The position numbers were made by a program, and so were the translations under genes. Below the pieces are notes generated by a model that saw only the letters and a program-made list of their open reading frames with translations, was not told where the DNA came from and did no database searches. Shown here piece after piece: positions 10,295-26,679 of a stretch of DNA of 41,655 nucleotides (position 1 is the first letter of the stretch; each line of letters opens with the position of its first letter). Source of the stretch: Octopus sinensis (lineage: Eukaryota); contig NW_021835268.1 in NCBI RefSeq assembly GCF_006345805.1, positions 1-41,655 on the forward strand. Reading direction: 5' to 3'.

Positions 10295-11689
10295 TATTTT
10301 TTTCTTACAGCGCGGAAGTTCAAAAATTTTATTTAACAGCGAGGGTTTTGAGAATATGACTTCCAACTTTTCATATGTACAAGGTCGACGTGGTTCTTTC
10401 TTATAGTCAGAGGGTCGAGCGAAAGGTGGAAATTTTCCGCGAGATGCTAAAGTCTATATCAAAATTCATTAGAGGCCAAATATCAGAATGAACAAAGTGC
10501 GAGTACTTTTTAAGAAGGGTCTGAATGTATCGTCATGCTGATAAAATCGTATTTTAAAAATGTCTTCGAAGGCCAATATTACTAAAAAAAGATGTATTAA
10601 TATTTACGACATCATGATATTAGCTAGACGATATTCTTGGGAGGGAGATATATATTTTAGAGGCCGTATTTATTTAGTAGCAATAGGGTTAATGATGATG
10701 ATGATGATACTAATCTTACGTAGTCTGTGATAGAGGGTTCTGAAATATGTTGCTGAACAAGAAGCACAGATTATTTGATTATAATCATCAAATGTTTTTT
10801 GCTGAACATCAGTTTATTCCTTACTCTAGCAAATCGTCATTATCTGAACTGGTTCATGGTACATCAAGTCAGGTGTTCAAGTGATCGCTGGTTGCTTTTG
10901 TGTAATGTATGCATAGGGTTGAAGTGTTTTAATAAAACAAATAATATTTTTTTGTGGGGGCTGTTACATCAAAAGTAAATGGTGGAGTAAACCAGGTGAG
11001 TTTTCTTTCCAATATTTTCCGTTATTCATTTAAAAAAAAGAGACGAAAAATGATTTAATTTTATCAGTAAAACTACATGCTATAGTATCATTGAAAACAT
11101 TAAAGAATAAGGAAAATAGTAATTTATAGACATATTGCAGATTATTAAGTATTGTTTTTAGGCGACTAGGTTGTTTCTTTACATGGAATAATTTTAATGT
11201 TGCAAAATAATCGTGAACCTAAATTAATTTTTTTTAAATGTACGGCCTTTTTCTAACGAAGTCGGTAGATTGTGACTTCATTTTCATTTTACGAAGAATC
11301 TATCCTCTCGATAGAAGCCACCTTCCAAAGACAAAAAAAAAAAAAAAAAAATCAGTGTGATCGTCTAAGCAACTATTTCCGCAGAATTCGTTTAATCCTA
11401 GGGAAAGCATGCGGTTGATTTTATCCATATTTTAAACAAATTCTTATCAATACTGGTGATACCCTACACCCATCATCACTTTTATCCGCAGTGTTCAATC
11501 AGACATCGAGACTTCTGTGATAAACTTATATATTCAGAAAAAATATCTACCTCCTGAACTATCTCGAAATGTTATCTCGTATGTTTTACATACTTTCGTC
11601 TATGAATCACGTAAACTTTTAGATAAGTGGCTGTCTCCAAACTTATAAGTGTAAATTCAACAAATCTTCGTTTACCAAATAAGTAATTC

Positions 11690-13950
<2,261 letters not shown>

Positions 13951-14764
13951 ATGCAATTAAAAGTCGTTTAATTTATTTATAATGTAATTGAGATATAATA
14001 TAAACTAGATACAAATTTTATCTGAAATATTCGTTTACGTTTCAGAAATTTCATTTTCTCTCTCAATATTTTAACATCTGTAAGACGAAATTTCATTTTT
14101 TGGCTTCTTTGAATTGTTTCTCGTTAATGTTTTACAAAACGGGACTAAATATGCTTGACAAAAAGATCAAACATACTGAAGGAATTTATCATTTAATTCA
14201 ATGCAATATCAATAACAATTCCCTGTAATATTAATTGTTTTGATATCCTTATGTATACTGGGAAATAACCGCTTTGCAAAAACTTAAAAAAAACAAACCA
14301 AAATCTAATTACAATACAAATTATAAAACGCAATCTACAAACAGAACTGAATTGGAAAGAATTAAAATTTATTAATAAAATATGGCGTACTTGAGTCACT
14401 CCCATAATATATTCAAATAGTGATGATTTATAATTGATGAATATTTTCATTTCGGCTTTTAAATTAATTGTTGAAAATGTAGAAAATAAAAGCAATATTC
14501 TTGTCGTTAGGATTCCTGTCATCAAATATTTACTTTCCACTGCGTGCGTGCGTGCATGCGCGTGCGTGTGTGTATATATATATATATGTAAATACACACA
14601 CACACACACACACACTCGTATATGTATATACATATATATATAACATGTGTAATATATATATGTATGTGTGTATGTGTTATATATGAAATTGTATACACAC
14701 GTACATATATATGTATATACATGTATAAACACACGCGCTCGCACTAGCACACATGCATTTATAT

Positions 14765-15738
14765 AATGATAACAATTATAATTATTAAAATAATAATCAT
14801 GATGATAATCGTATTAATATTAATCGCAGCTATTAATTATTTAAATGTCATTTTCATCATAATCTTCATAATCATCGTCGTCGTCATCGTCGTCATCATC
14901 AACATCATCATCATCGTCACCGTTGTCGTAGCCGTCATGATTATCATCATCACCATCACCATCAACATCATTGTCATCGTCATCATCATCATCATCAATG
15001 TCATCATCGTCGTCGTCGTCGTCATCCTCCTCCTCCTCCTCATCATCATCATCATCATCAGTATCACCATCATCATGCGAGGTAGCAACAGCAGTAGCAC
15101 CTGCAGTGAACTAGCAACGGTAAAATTGGCATTTACTATAACAACAACAACAACAATAATAATAATGTTGATAATAATAATAATCTTAATTCTTTTTCCT
15201 GTTCTTGTTATCTGTTAATCACTACATGAATTTATCCAAACATATTTACATAGTTGCAAGCACGTACATCCTTTATTCGGAAATTCAGGAACGCGGAAAG
15301 AAATGGTGAAAATTACGCATGCGTGTAACAGAATGCACTCACCCTGCGCCCACAGATACGCACACATACAAACAATACACTACACACCATATTCATTACA
15401 ACCATACTTATCCATAAAAGAAATACAAGCATAAAACCACCAACTCACCCAGAAGAAAGCATAAACATGAATACTAAAATAATAATGATAATAATAATAA
15501 TAATAATAGTAATAATAATAATAATAAAATAATAATAATAATAATAATAATAATAATCCCTTCGGCTTTAGGTATAAAGCCTGAAATTTTGGTACTAAAC
15601 GATTACATCGACCCCAGTGTCCAATGGTCCTTATTTCATTGATCCTGAAAGGATAAAAGACAAATTCGACCTCGGTGGAATTTGAACTCAGAACGTAGCA
15701 TTTCGCCCGGTGTGTTAACGATTCTGCCAGCTCGCCTA

Positions 15739-15783
<45 letters not shown>

Positions 15784-15801
15784 ACTACTACTACTACTAC
15801 T

Positions 15802-15848
<47 letters not shown>
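14765..15848. repeat. Trinucleotide low-complexity tracts: (ATC/GTC/AAT) 14765-15190, (AAT) 15478-15557, (CTA)+(AAT) 15739-15848
   Basis: Read directly. Confidence 0.9.
15558..15738 (-). mobile_element. SINE family A copy
   Basis: CGATTACATCGACCCCAGT...TTCGACCTCGGTGGAATTTGAACTCAGAACGT...TAACGATTCTGCCAGCTCGCC. Confidence 0.9.
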
Positions 15849-15850
<2 letters not shown>

Positions 15851-16407
15851 GCCCTGATGCAGTACCAGACAATGGCCCTCATGGCTTTTGATCTTAACTG
15901 ATTGGAAGTGTTATCATGTACATTGTTTTGTCTTGGTATAAAAGATGGGCTACAGCAAATATTCTGCTCAATACCACAGATTTGCTTGATCTTAACAGTT
16001 GTTTGATCTTAACCAGTTGACCATGCCCTCTAGTGGCTGACGATATGTGCATCTCTGATCATGAGCAGAAGTGGGGGAGCATCATGGGTATGTGTTGAGA
16101 GGAATTCTTTGGAGTTTGAATAATTTACTTCTGGAGGCAAGGGAGTTTCGTTTAACATTCTTAAACAAACCTTTTTCAGGGACCATTTGAGCATGATGGA
16201 CTACCCGATCTGAAGAAAATTTCAATTGGGATTCACCTGCAATGTCAGGTGCTGTTTATCTTGATATGAGATCACCATGTCGTGCACATATGGTTGTGAT
16301 GCATGTGCTTTGTGTACCCTTATCAGACGGGTTGTCATGATGGCTATACTGGGCTTTGTATATTTTACCCCAGTGTCACTTTGATGGCATGCGCTGCCCT
16401 CTCACTC

Positions 16408-16408
<1 letters not shown>
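15849..16408 (+). mobile_element. Non-coding ~555-bp interspersed element flanked by (AAT)n (copy A)
   Basis: Starts ATGCCCTGATGCAGTACC, ends CTCTCACTCA; long AAT tracts on both sides; colinear with 22701-23251 and 27905-28457. Confidence 0.9.
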
Positions 16409-16481
<73 letters not shown>

Positions 16482-16834
16482 TAATAATAATAATAGTAAT
16501 AATAATAATGATAATAATCCTTTCTGCTACAAAGCCTGACATTCTGGGGGCAATGGGCAAATGGATTACATTGACCCTAATGCGCAACTGCTATTTAGTT
16601 TATAAGGATGAAAGGCAAGGCCATGAAAGGCCGCTAAACATTTTGTCCTGTGCAGTGACTATTCTTTCAGCTTCATCATGGTGGACGAAAAGGTGAGTCA
16701 CATTTGATTTATAAGTAATGTTGCGCGCCTCTTTGACACACAAATAATCAAGAAGGGAGGCGAAAAGATAGACATAAATAGCCCTTTCTAATACGAGATT
16801 GCTCAAATGAGGAAAATGAAAAAGGGAAAGATAG

Positions 16835-17304
16835 GGCTCTTTTCGGTTTGAACGGCAGTTTTTAACATAATTTCTAGGTAACTAAGAAAATTTAAACTTC
16901 GTATTCTGGTAGAATGTGTTTATAAAACATCTTGTTCTCTTGGTTTTATTGAGAATATTCTATAATTTGTAAGATATCTGTTGTTTTTTTTTTCGATTTC
17001 TGCAATTTCAACCAATCAATGACCATTGGGGTAAAAAACATTCTGTGCCGTATGAATATGTCCCTCGTTTAAGAAACAGATTGGGTTTATTTACATCTCT
17101 GAAGAAAAAAGATACCCTTCCCCCACCCCTAACCCTAACCCTAACCCTAACCTTAACCATAACATAACTAACCCTAACTAACCCTAACTAACCCTAACCC
17201 TAAAATAGATTGAAATGCAATAGATCGATACTAGGGTCACAATTATGGATGACAATTTCATATGACACCGCTAGAAAAAAGTGCCGTTCAAACCGAAAAG
17301 ATCC
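16835..17304. mobile_element. Non-autonomous DNA transposon (470 bp), 29-bp GG-starting TIRs, 8-bp TSD (Merlin-like)
   Basis: TIRs GGCTCTTTTCGGTTTGAACGGCAGTTTTT / AAAAAGTGCCGTTCAAACCGAAAAGATCC; exact AAAGATAG duplication at 16827-16834 and 17305-17312. Confidence 0.9.
17127..17203. repeat. Interstitial telomere-type (CCCTAA)n tract inside the MITE
   Basis: Four perfect CCCTAA units at 17127-17150, then variants CCTTAA, CCATAA, CCCTAACTAA and two more perfect units. Confidence 0.95.
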
Positions 17305-18548
17305 AAAGATAGTGCCAACTATTGTTGGGTCTTTAGGGAGAGTATCAAAGGGCTCGAAGTGGTATATAAAGGAAATGAGAATTGAGTGTCCCGTGGAACA
17401 CTTGCGAAAATTTTGCATTCTTGGCGCGACCAGAATCACTTGGAAAGTTGAAAAGAACAGCTAGATTGATACCGTAGACTGTAGGTAGCAAGAGTGAATG
17501 TAGCGAGCCCCAACAAAAACTTAGTTTAAAGAACAACAAAAACAACAACAGCAATAACAACAACTACAACAACAATAACAATAATATAATCAACAGGAAC
17601 ACGCATATATACGCACAAATATACACTGACACACAAACACACAAACGTGTGTAGGTGAACTCAAGAAATACATGAAACCCGTGACCGACTAATTGAATCC
17701 ACTAATTCGCCTCTCCGCAGATAATCGATCTACCGTATCAACAAAGAAAGAACGCATTAGATAATATAGTTCTGGATAGACTATATATCTAAATATAAAT
17801 GGACGTGAGTACAATCGTTTTATTCATAGGAATGTAGGATCAGTTCTAGCCCGAAGCTCAACAGCAGCACCACCGCCACCAACGATAACAACAACGACGG
17901 GGAAGACAGTAAAAGAAAGAAAGACAACAGCGATGACGCGGGGAACAACAACAACAATAATAATAATGACAACAACAACGACAACGACACAAACAAAGAC
18001 GGAAAACCAGAAAAATCGACCTGGAAAGTGAAACAAACACATGTTCAGACTTCTTGACGTAGAGTGCCCTACAAGGAAGTGTGATGTTTAATCATCAGTT
18101 AGAAGACCCAGTATATTTAGAGCAAAAACGCACACATGTCTACATTTCTCTTTCTGTCTCTGACTATCTGTCTGTCTGCCTGTCTGTTTGTTTCTCTCTC
18201 TCTCCCGCCCTCCTCTCTCTCTCCCGCCCTCCTCTCTCTCCCTCTCTCTCTCACTAAATGGTGGAAACAATTGTAGTGATTAATAAAAATTCTCGTATCT
18301 TCATCTTCCGTCTCTCATTAACCAGCACGAAATAGGGAGTAATAAACAGACGGCAACTGAGGAAGAGTTTTGGCATTTTGTCCCGTACTTGTCTCTCGTT
18401 ATGTGTTTACGTATTTTTCACTCATCGATGATGTCCTGTACTTAATGTGCATTTATATATATATATATATAAGTTTGGATTTTATTCCCTCAAATAATAA
18501 TTATATACACACACACACATGCACACAACACCCACACACACATGCAAA

Positions 18549-18587
<39 letters not shown>

Positions 18588-20029
18588 CCTCTGTGTTGTT
18601 TACACACCTGCCTTCGTCTTTTGATTTTTGTAAATTCCAACTATATTATATACACATGCATATATGTTTGTATAAATATATATATATATATGTATATGTG
18701 TGTGTGTGTGTGTGTGTGCGTGTGTGTGTGTGTGTGTGTATACATAGATATATATCAACTTGAGTGCAGTGGCATTGGAACTTAGACCATGGTGTTACGT
18801 TGCAAAATGCTGTAATAGCCATTTACTAAATCCGGCTGTTTACCATTGTTACTATCATCAAATTGATACTCATAAATGCATAATAAATTCAATTGGCTTC
18901 TTGGTCACACAGTAGATATAATACATGATTTTCTAGAACACTGGACTCGTTTTCGCAGTAAGCCGTCTTATACTTAACATGGTGATTAAACCTGAAGTTA
19001 ATGAAGCAGTCGTTAAATATGTAGTAATCCCAGAATAGAATATAAGGCTTTTCGTCACAAACATTCGCTTTTAGTATCGGATTTACAATTTCTCTTTGCT
19101 ACGCTAACTTGAATCTCCAACCGTGTTCCTGCTCCGCTGGTCTCGTTATCCATCTAATCATTAATCTGCAACACTTAAAGTGAACATTATCTGAACTTAG
19201 CTTATTAAATTAACCTTAACTCAAATAATTAGTAGCATTACACGAAGCGGTTATGAGCGACTCTTTGAATATTTGATAATGAATATACAGGCTGTATGTA
19301 AAACACATTAGACATACATTCTCATTATACATACACACATAATTACGTACATATTAATAAAACATATACATACATTCAGATATATATGAATGGCCGTAAG
19401 CATGGCTATGTGTTTAAGAATCAGCTTCGCTGATAGATTCTATTATAGTATCGGTCTAACAAATGCATTGTGAATGAATTTGCTAAAGAAATCTGTGGAA
19501 GTCTGTCATATGCACACACCCACATACAATGACACTCGCACACAGACAGACATGTGAAGGAGTGCTGAAATATTCATTGCTTTGGGTAAAAGAAAAGACA
19601 AGAAGATCAATTAATTAAGATTTTATTCAACATATTCGACTCTCAGATTCAGACACTTTTTACGGCAGTCCTACAGTTTTTCTAAGCCCTATAAAAGAAA
19701 TCGGAAAGTTGGCAGAACCCCGAATGCTCAATATACAGATGCGATAGAAAGATATGTGTGCCTGTTTGTTGTAAGCCGACATGATTTTCTTCATGTCTCA
19801 CGATAAATGCCGAAACCTTTAGGTATGTCGAAATAATGCAGCGTAAGAACATAAATTTCTCTCTCCTACTCTCCCTCCCTTCATCTCTCTTTCTTTTTCT
19901 CTCTCTGACTTTCTCTCTTTCCTTCTATGTCTGTATGTACATGTGGAGGCCTGCTTACAAATAGATATATACGTACATACAGCCATATATGTGTATGTGT
20001 GTATGTATTTGGGTTTGTATTTATAACAC

Positions 20030-20190
20030 TCGCACCGCTTAACAACCGCCACTGGTTTTTCTACGTCCCTGTGACATAGCGGTTCAGCAAACAGACCTCA
20101 ATAGAATAAGAAAATAACTTCCAAATAAGGAAGTGTATTCGATTTGCTCGATTAAATCCTTCAAGGTGCTGTCCCAGCATGGCCACGACA
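20030..20190 (+). mobile_element. SINE family B 3' fragment
   Basis: CGCTTAACAACCG...TACGTCCCTGTGACATAGCGGTTCAGCAAACAGACC...AAGGTGCTGTCCCAGCATGGCC. Confidence 0.75.
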
Positions 20191-20244
20191 CACACACTCA
20201 CATGGATATTTACCTATGCCAACACAAATGTACGCAGGTACTCA

Positions 20245-20251
20245 GATATGC

Positions 20252-20290
<39 letters not shown>

Positions 20291-20409
20291 GGCCTGCTCG
20301 CTTAGCCAACGGGGTGGCGTCATTTGAAGGCTAAAACAATGCAAAGCGCATTGTGACCAGCAATGTGTAGCAACATCTGATAGCCTGGTCGGTCACGGTG
20401 ATCACAGTG

Positions 20410-20471
<62 letters not shown>

Positions 20472-20687
20472 ATATCATACACATTATGAAATGTGTAGGA
20501 AATGCTTTGTTCATTTTCCCTCTATAATAATTGAAATACATGAATACATAAGTACATGCATGCGTACACACACACACATACACACACATATATGATAAAA
20601 TGAATAGAAAAGTTTTTTTCCGATAATTTTTCCACTATAATAATACAACTATATAATACTGTACGAAGGATTTTGTATTTCTTATTC

Positions 20688-20785
<98 letters not shown>

Positions 20786-21122
20786 GTGTGTAGTTAAGGG
20801 TTTCATACTATCAACCGCACATTCAAGTACACTTCCCTGTAGGCATAGAAGTGATTTCTCCTGAAATAGCAATAGGAAACCCCAAAGTACTTTTAGACAT
20901 ATGTCTATAACACCTGTTGTGGCATACATAAGATAAACTTTGCACACGCTAAAATCCAACAATTATGGAATGCTCTCTTCACACACGCAAACATATACAA
21001 ACAAAACCATATGTATATATATATTATATATATATATATATAATATATATATTATATATATATATAATATATATATATATATACACACATATATATGTAT
21101 ATAATATATATATATATATATA

Positions 21123-21156
<34 letters not shown>

Positions 21157-22055
21157 CATACATATATGTATACATACATATATACATCCTACATATGTAT
21201 ATATGTATGTGCGTATATGCGCATCGTACTTCATAATACACGGCGTAACTCATCTAAATGCAATATTTATTTTTTTGCTTATTCAAAATGTTTAAAATAT
21301 AATTAAAAAAATAATTAGATGTGTTACAACGAAAGTTATGTGAATGAAATAGAACGGGTTGCGAGATTTAAATATTCTCAGTTTCCTTAGAGACCAAATG
21401 TTTTAATCTAAAATAATTTTTTAGGCTTGAAGAATCTGAACATTTAATTGATAGAAGAGTGAAAAAAAAAAATCATTTTAGTAAGTAGAAAAATGAAAGT
21501 ATTTTCTTATTTTATATTTTTCTTTGAAATCCAGCGTGTGATTCTAATAATGTTATTATTTTGTGGTTGTTTTAATAGGAAATTTAGTTTTTAATTGGAT
21601 TACGTTGTTGTTTTCATATACTGTTCGAATTTAAGCAAAATACTGAAAGCATACAGGCACATAGACACACATATAGACACATACGCAATGACGCGTACAG
21701 CTTACACATATATGTGTGTATGTGTGTGTGTGCGTGTGCGTGAGTTTGTGTGCAATTGGTGTGTATGTATATGTATGTATATGTATTTGCGTAGTACGTA
21801 TATAATCGCATAAAAGCAATTGTCACAACGTCATATAAAAACAGTCTCCAATAATTTGTTTAAGAGTGTATTGAAAAAGCTCGCATACATGCACACAAAC
21901 ACACGGGTAGACAGACACAGAAACAGAGAGATAGAAATACATACACACAAACACTCACACACGCACACACATACACACACACGCACACACACACATGAAC
22001 ATACATAGTGTATGATTGTATTTCACAAAAATAATTAATTAGCAATAGCAGATAC

Positions 22056-22133
<78 letters not shown>

Positions 22134-22284
22134 ACACACATGGATTGTATACATATATATATATATATATATAAATACATAGACACACATATATACACAC
22201 ATATAAAAATTATGCTTATAAATGCAGGTATATACGTTGTATGCACACACTCACACAAACACATATATTCACACACACACACAG

Positions 22285-22319
<35 letters not shown>

Positions 22320-22330
22320 AGGATGCACAC
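20245..22330. repeat. Microsatellite cluster: (TA), (TG) 20690-20792, (TA) 21010-21215, (TATC) 22056-22131, (CA)
   Basis: Read directly. Confidence 0.9.
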
Positions 22331-22547
22331 GAATATCTTCATGCAGGCCTACATTTATGAATAAATACCCATAAACAAGCATATAGTCTCAGGGAAAACA
22401 AATCGCGCATATTTAAACTCCGAAATTGAAGAGAATCTTAAAAGTTTGCTCTAAAGCTAAACACTGTTTTATTTTTAACGCAAAAGATCATGTTCGAATC
22501 GTATATATGCATATATATGCATATATATAATATTATATATATTATAT

Positions 22548-22596
<49 letters not shown>

Positions 22597-22700
22597 ATCA
22601 TGGGGATTTTGCGAACCTGGGTTCTCATTCCTAAGGTATTTTTCGATGTTGATGTTGTTATTGTTGTTGTTGTTGTTGTTATTATTATTATTATTATTAT

Positions 22701-23251
22701 TGAGTGAGCGAGCAGAGCATGCCATCAAAGTGACACTGGGGTAAAATATACGAAGCCCAATATACCCATCATGACTACCCGTCTGATAAAGGTACACCAG
22801 GCACATGTATCACAACCATATGTGTGCGACATGGTGATCTCATATCAAGATAAACAGCACATGACCTTGCAGGTGGAGTCCAGGTAGAATTTTCTTCAGA
22901 TCGAGTAACCCATCCCGCTCAAAAGGTTCCTGAATAAGGGTTGTTTAAGAACGTTGAACGAAACACCCATGTTTCCAGAGGTGAATTATTCAAACCCCAA
23001 AGAAACCTTCTCAACACATGGCTATGATGCTCCCCCACTACTCTGCTCGTGATCAGAGATGCACATATCGTCAGCCACTAAGGGACATGCTCAACTGGTT
23101 AAGGTCAAACAACTGACAAGCAATCTGTGTATTGAGCAGAATATTTGCTGTAGCCCATCTTTTATACCAAGACCAAACAATGTACATGATAACACTTCCA
23201 TCAGTTAAGATCAGAAGCCATGAGAGCCACTGCTGTACTGCATCAGGGCAT
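22701..23251 (-). mobile_element. ~555-bp AAT-flanked element (copy B)
   Basis: TGAGTGAGCGAGCAG...CTGCATCAGGGCAT is the reverse complement of copy A; (ATT)n on both sides. Confidence 0.9.
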
Positions 23252-23335
23252 TATTATTGTGTTGTTGTTGTTGTTATTATTATTTTTATTATTATTATCA
23301 TTATTACTATCACTGTTTCTTAACCACTATACCAT

Positions 23336-23422
23336 ATGCCCGTGGCATAGTGGTTAAGAGACGAGTCACTAACCCGAAGATTCCGAGTTCGATTCCAAGC
23401 AGTGAGCTGAATAATAATAATG

Positions 23423-23486
<64 letters not shown>

Positions 23487-23675
23487 TAATAATAATAATG
23501 ATGATAATAATAATAATAATAATAATAACAACATCTGATAATATCTTATTAATGAGAACCCAGGTTCGAAAAATCCCCAAGACACCTGATAAAGACTGGA
23601 GGTTATATCAACAAGAGGGTATAACAACCAACAAGATGAGGACAATACCCGTCAAATGTAAATAATGTAAATAAT
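23336..23675 (+). mobile_element. tRNA-headed element: head, (AAT)n spacer, 3' body
   Basis: Box A TGGCATAGTGG (23343), box B GAGTTCGATTCC (23385), AAT tract 23410-23530, then a body AACATC...AATGAGAACCCAGGTTCG.AAAATCCCCA that also occurs inverted at 22598-22650; ends in (TGTAAATAA)2. Confidence 0.75.
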
Positions 23676-23676
23676 G

Positions 23677-23906
23677 TTCAGTGAGTTGGTTCAACTTTGT
23701 GAAAACAATGAGTGACAGGCAACATGACTTCCTGCAGAGATAGTTGTTTGCAGCTTTGTTGGAACAAGTCGATGATCAGGAGTGTAGAAATTGCTGGAAA
23801 GGAGAGAAAAGATATTGCTAGAAAACTGCCAGAAGACAGTGCGAAAGCTGGCCATTATATCTGGTCCAAGTGAGAGGACGAGCTCTACAGCAAGAACGAG
23901 CAATGA
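23677..23906 (+). pseudogene. Hero-clade RLE retrotransposon C-terminal fragment
   Basis: FSELVQLCENNE*QAT*LPAEIVVCSFVGTS, frameshift, IAGKERKDIARKLPEDSAKAGHYIWSK*ED; fits the Hero ending as I recall it (Y.EL...C...GW....PVEVGCRGF....G..G..R......AE..S.W.W.KR). Confidence 0.65.
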
Positions 23907-24509
23907 GGGTGATGAAAACATCTTGCTCTGAGTCTCAACGTATGACTCAATAAAGCTTGTGCAATTTCGCTTAAGTTTTGTCGCTATCATTGGTAGGCAG
24001 CTCTGATAAGCGCAGCTGTCGCAGTGAAAGGGGTCGAGACAGCTACAGAACTGCTTCACTGCCTGATAAGACAGAACCACTAAATTTCGAGACAGAATAC
24101 AGCCGTATCCTAAGCACACAAATACAAACTTTTACTCCGTATGAATGTATGTATGTATATATGTATGTATGCACACACACACACACACATACACATGCAT
24201 GTATGCCACACACAGGTACATACATGCGCACGCACGCACGCGCACACACACACACATATCCTTATTCACTGGATATGCACATGATCTGAACGTCTCTCCT
24301 TTCAGTTACCGTGTTCGCATTGGAAGTGATCACCCGAAAGACTTGAAACACTTAAACCACTTAAGTGGGTGATTGCTTTTGTCGATTGCACAAAGCGGAA
24401 TTGAAATATGAAACCAGCGAGCAGGAAAAAAATTAAGCAAGAAGGAATTCTCTCTAAAATTCTGATGAACATCAGAGATCAAAAGACACACAACAGCATG
24501 CATGCGTGT

Positions 24510-26135
<1,626 letters not shown>

Positions 26136-26443
26136 TAAGAGTTGCATTACTGGGTGTATATTCCTCTAGGAAAAAGTGTACTCAATCCTGAATGTCGAGT
26201 ATATATTTCAAGAATCTGGAAAAACAAGAGACCTCTGAGACTAGCAGTTTCATTGAATGATTTTTAGGCAAGTGAATCACATGTTATCGTAATAAGAAAC
26301 AGGAGAAATACATTAGAAAATATAGAACGAAATATAAGAAAATAGACGTGATTATCATGGCTGGATCGCCTTTTGTAATGGTTCTGTTCGATGAATGCTG
26401 ATACAAGTTTAAGCTACAACAATAATAACAACAGTTATAAACC

Positions 26444-26679
26444 AGATTGTTGGCCAACATAACATGGCGTCCTGGTTTAGAACGAATGTTGCTGTAATTT
26501 AGCCCCAGGAGACATTGTTTCCAGCTGGCTATAGGACCCCATCTATGTCCTATTTTCGAACAAGCGAATCTAGCACACCCGCTAAGCTCAAAGATTCCCT
26601 TGTTCGATGTCTCATTGGGCTTAATTACAGCAGTATTCGTTCTAAACCAGGACTGCCATTTTATGTTGGCAAACAATCT
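26444..26679. other. Branched inverted repeat: ~72-bp stem closing two internal hairpins
   Basis: Arms 26444-26515 and 26607-26679 pair with 7 mismatches and 1 bulge; inner hairpins at 26531-26553 and 26557-26606. Confidence 0.85.

Larger units (their letters stand above)
16700..17570 (+). pseudogene. R4/Dong-clade RLE retrotransposon 3' fragment, interrupted by a MITE
   Basis: With the MITE and one TSD removed the frame reads FISNVARLFDTQIIKKGGEKIDINSPF*YEIAQMRKMKKGK|IVPTIVGSLGRVSKGSKWYIKEMRIECPVEHLRKFCILGATRITWKVEKNS*, parallel to the end of the 30621-31868 element; an (AAC/AAT) tail follows. Confidence 0.8.

Noticed and set aside
17127-17203. Chromosome end or fusion scar
   Set aside because: Short, single-orientation tract enclosed by TIRs and a TSD.
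17830-18047. Asn/Asp-rich open frame after a TAG acceptor
   Set aside because: Low-complexity AAC/GAC sequence, and the upstream donor is only 25 nt away, too short for a normal intron.
19107-19153. Minus-strand GAGTRLEIQ resembling an immunoglobulin J-segment motif, and plus-strand PWCY (kringle-like) near 18787
   Set aside because: Short motifs without the surrounding conserved residues or domain context; expected by chance.
23336-23410. Possible tRNA gene (also the heads at 1750-1808, 7917-7980 and 40916-40985)
   Set aside because: Box A/B are present but the cloverleaf stems are broken and each runs into a repeat body; these are SINE heads.
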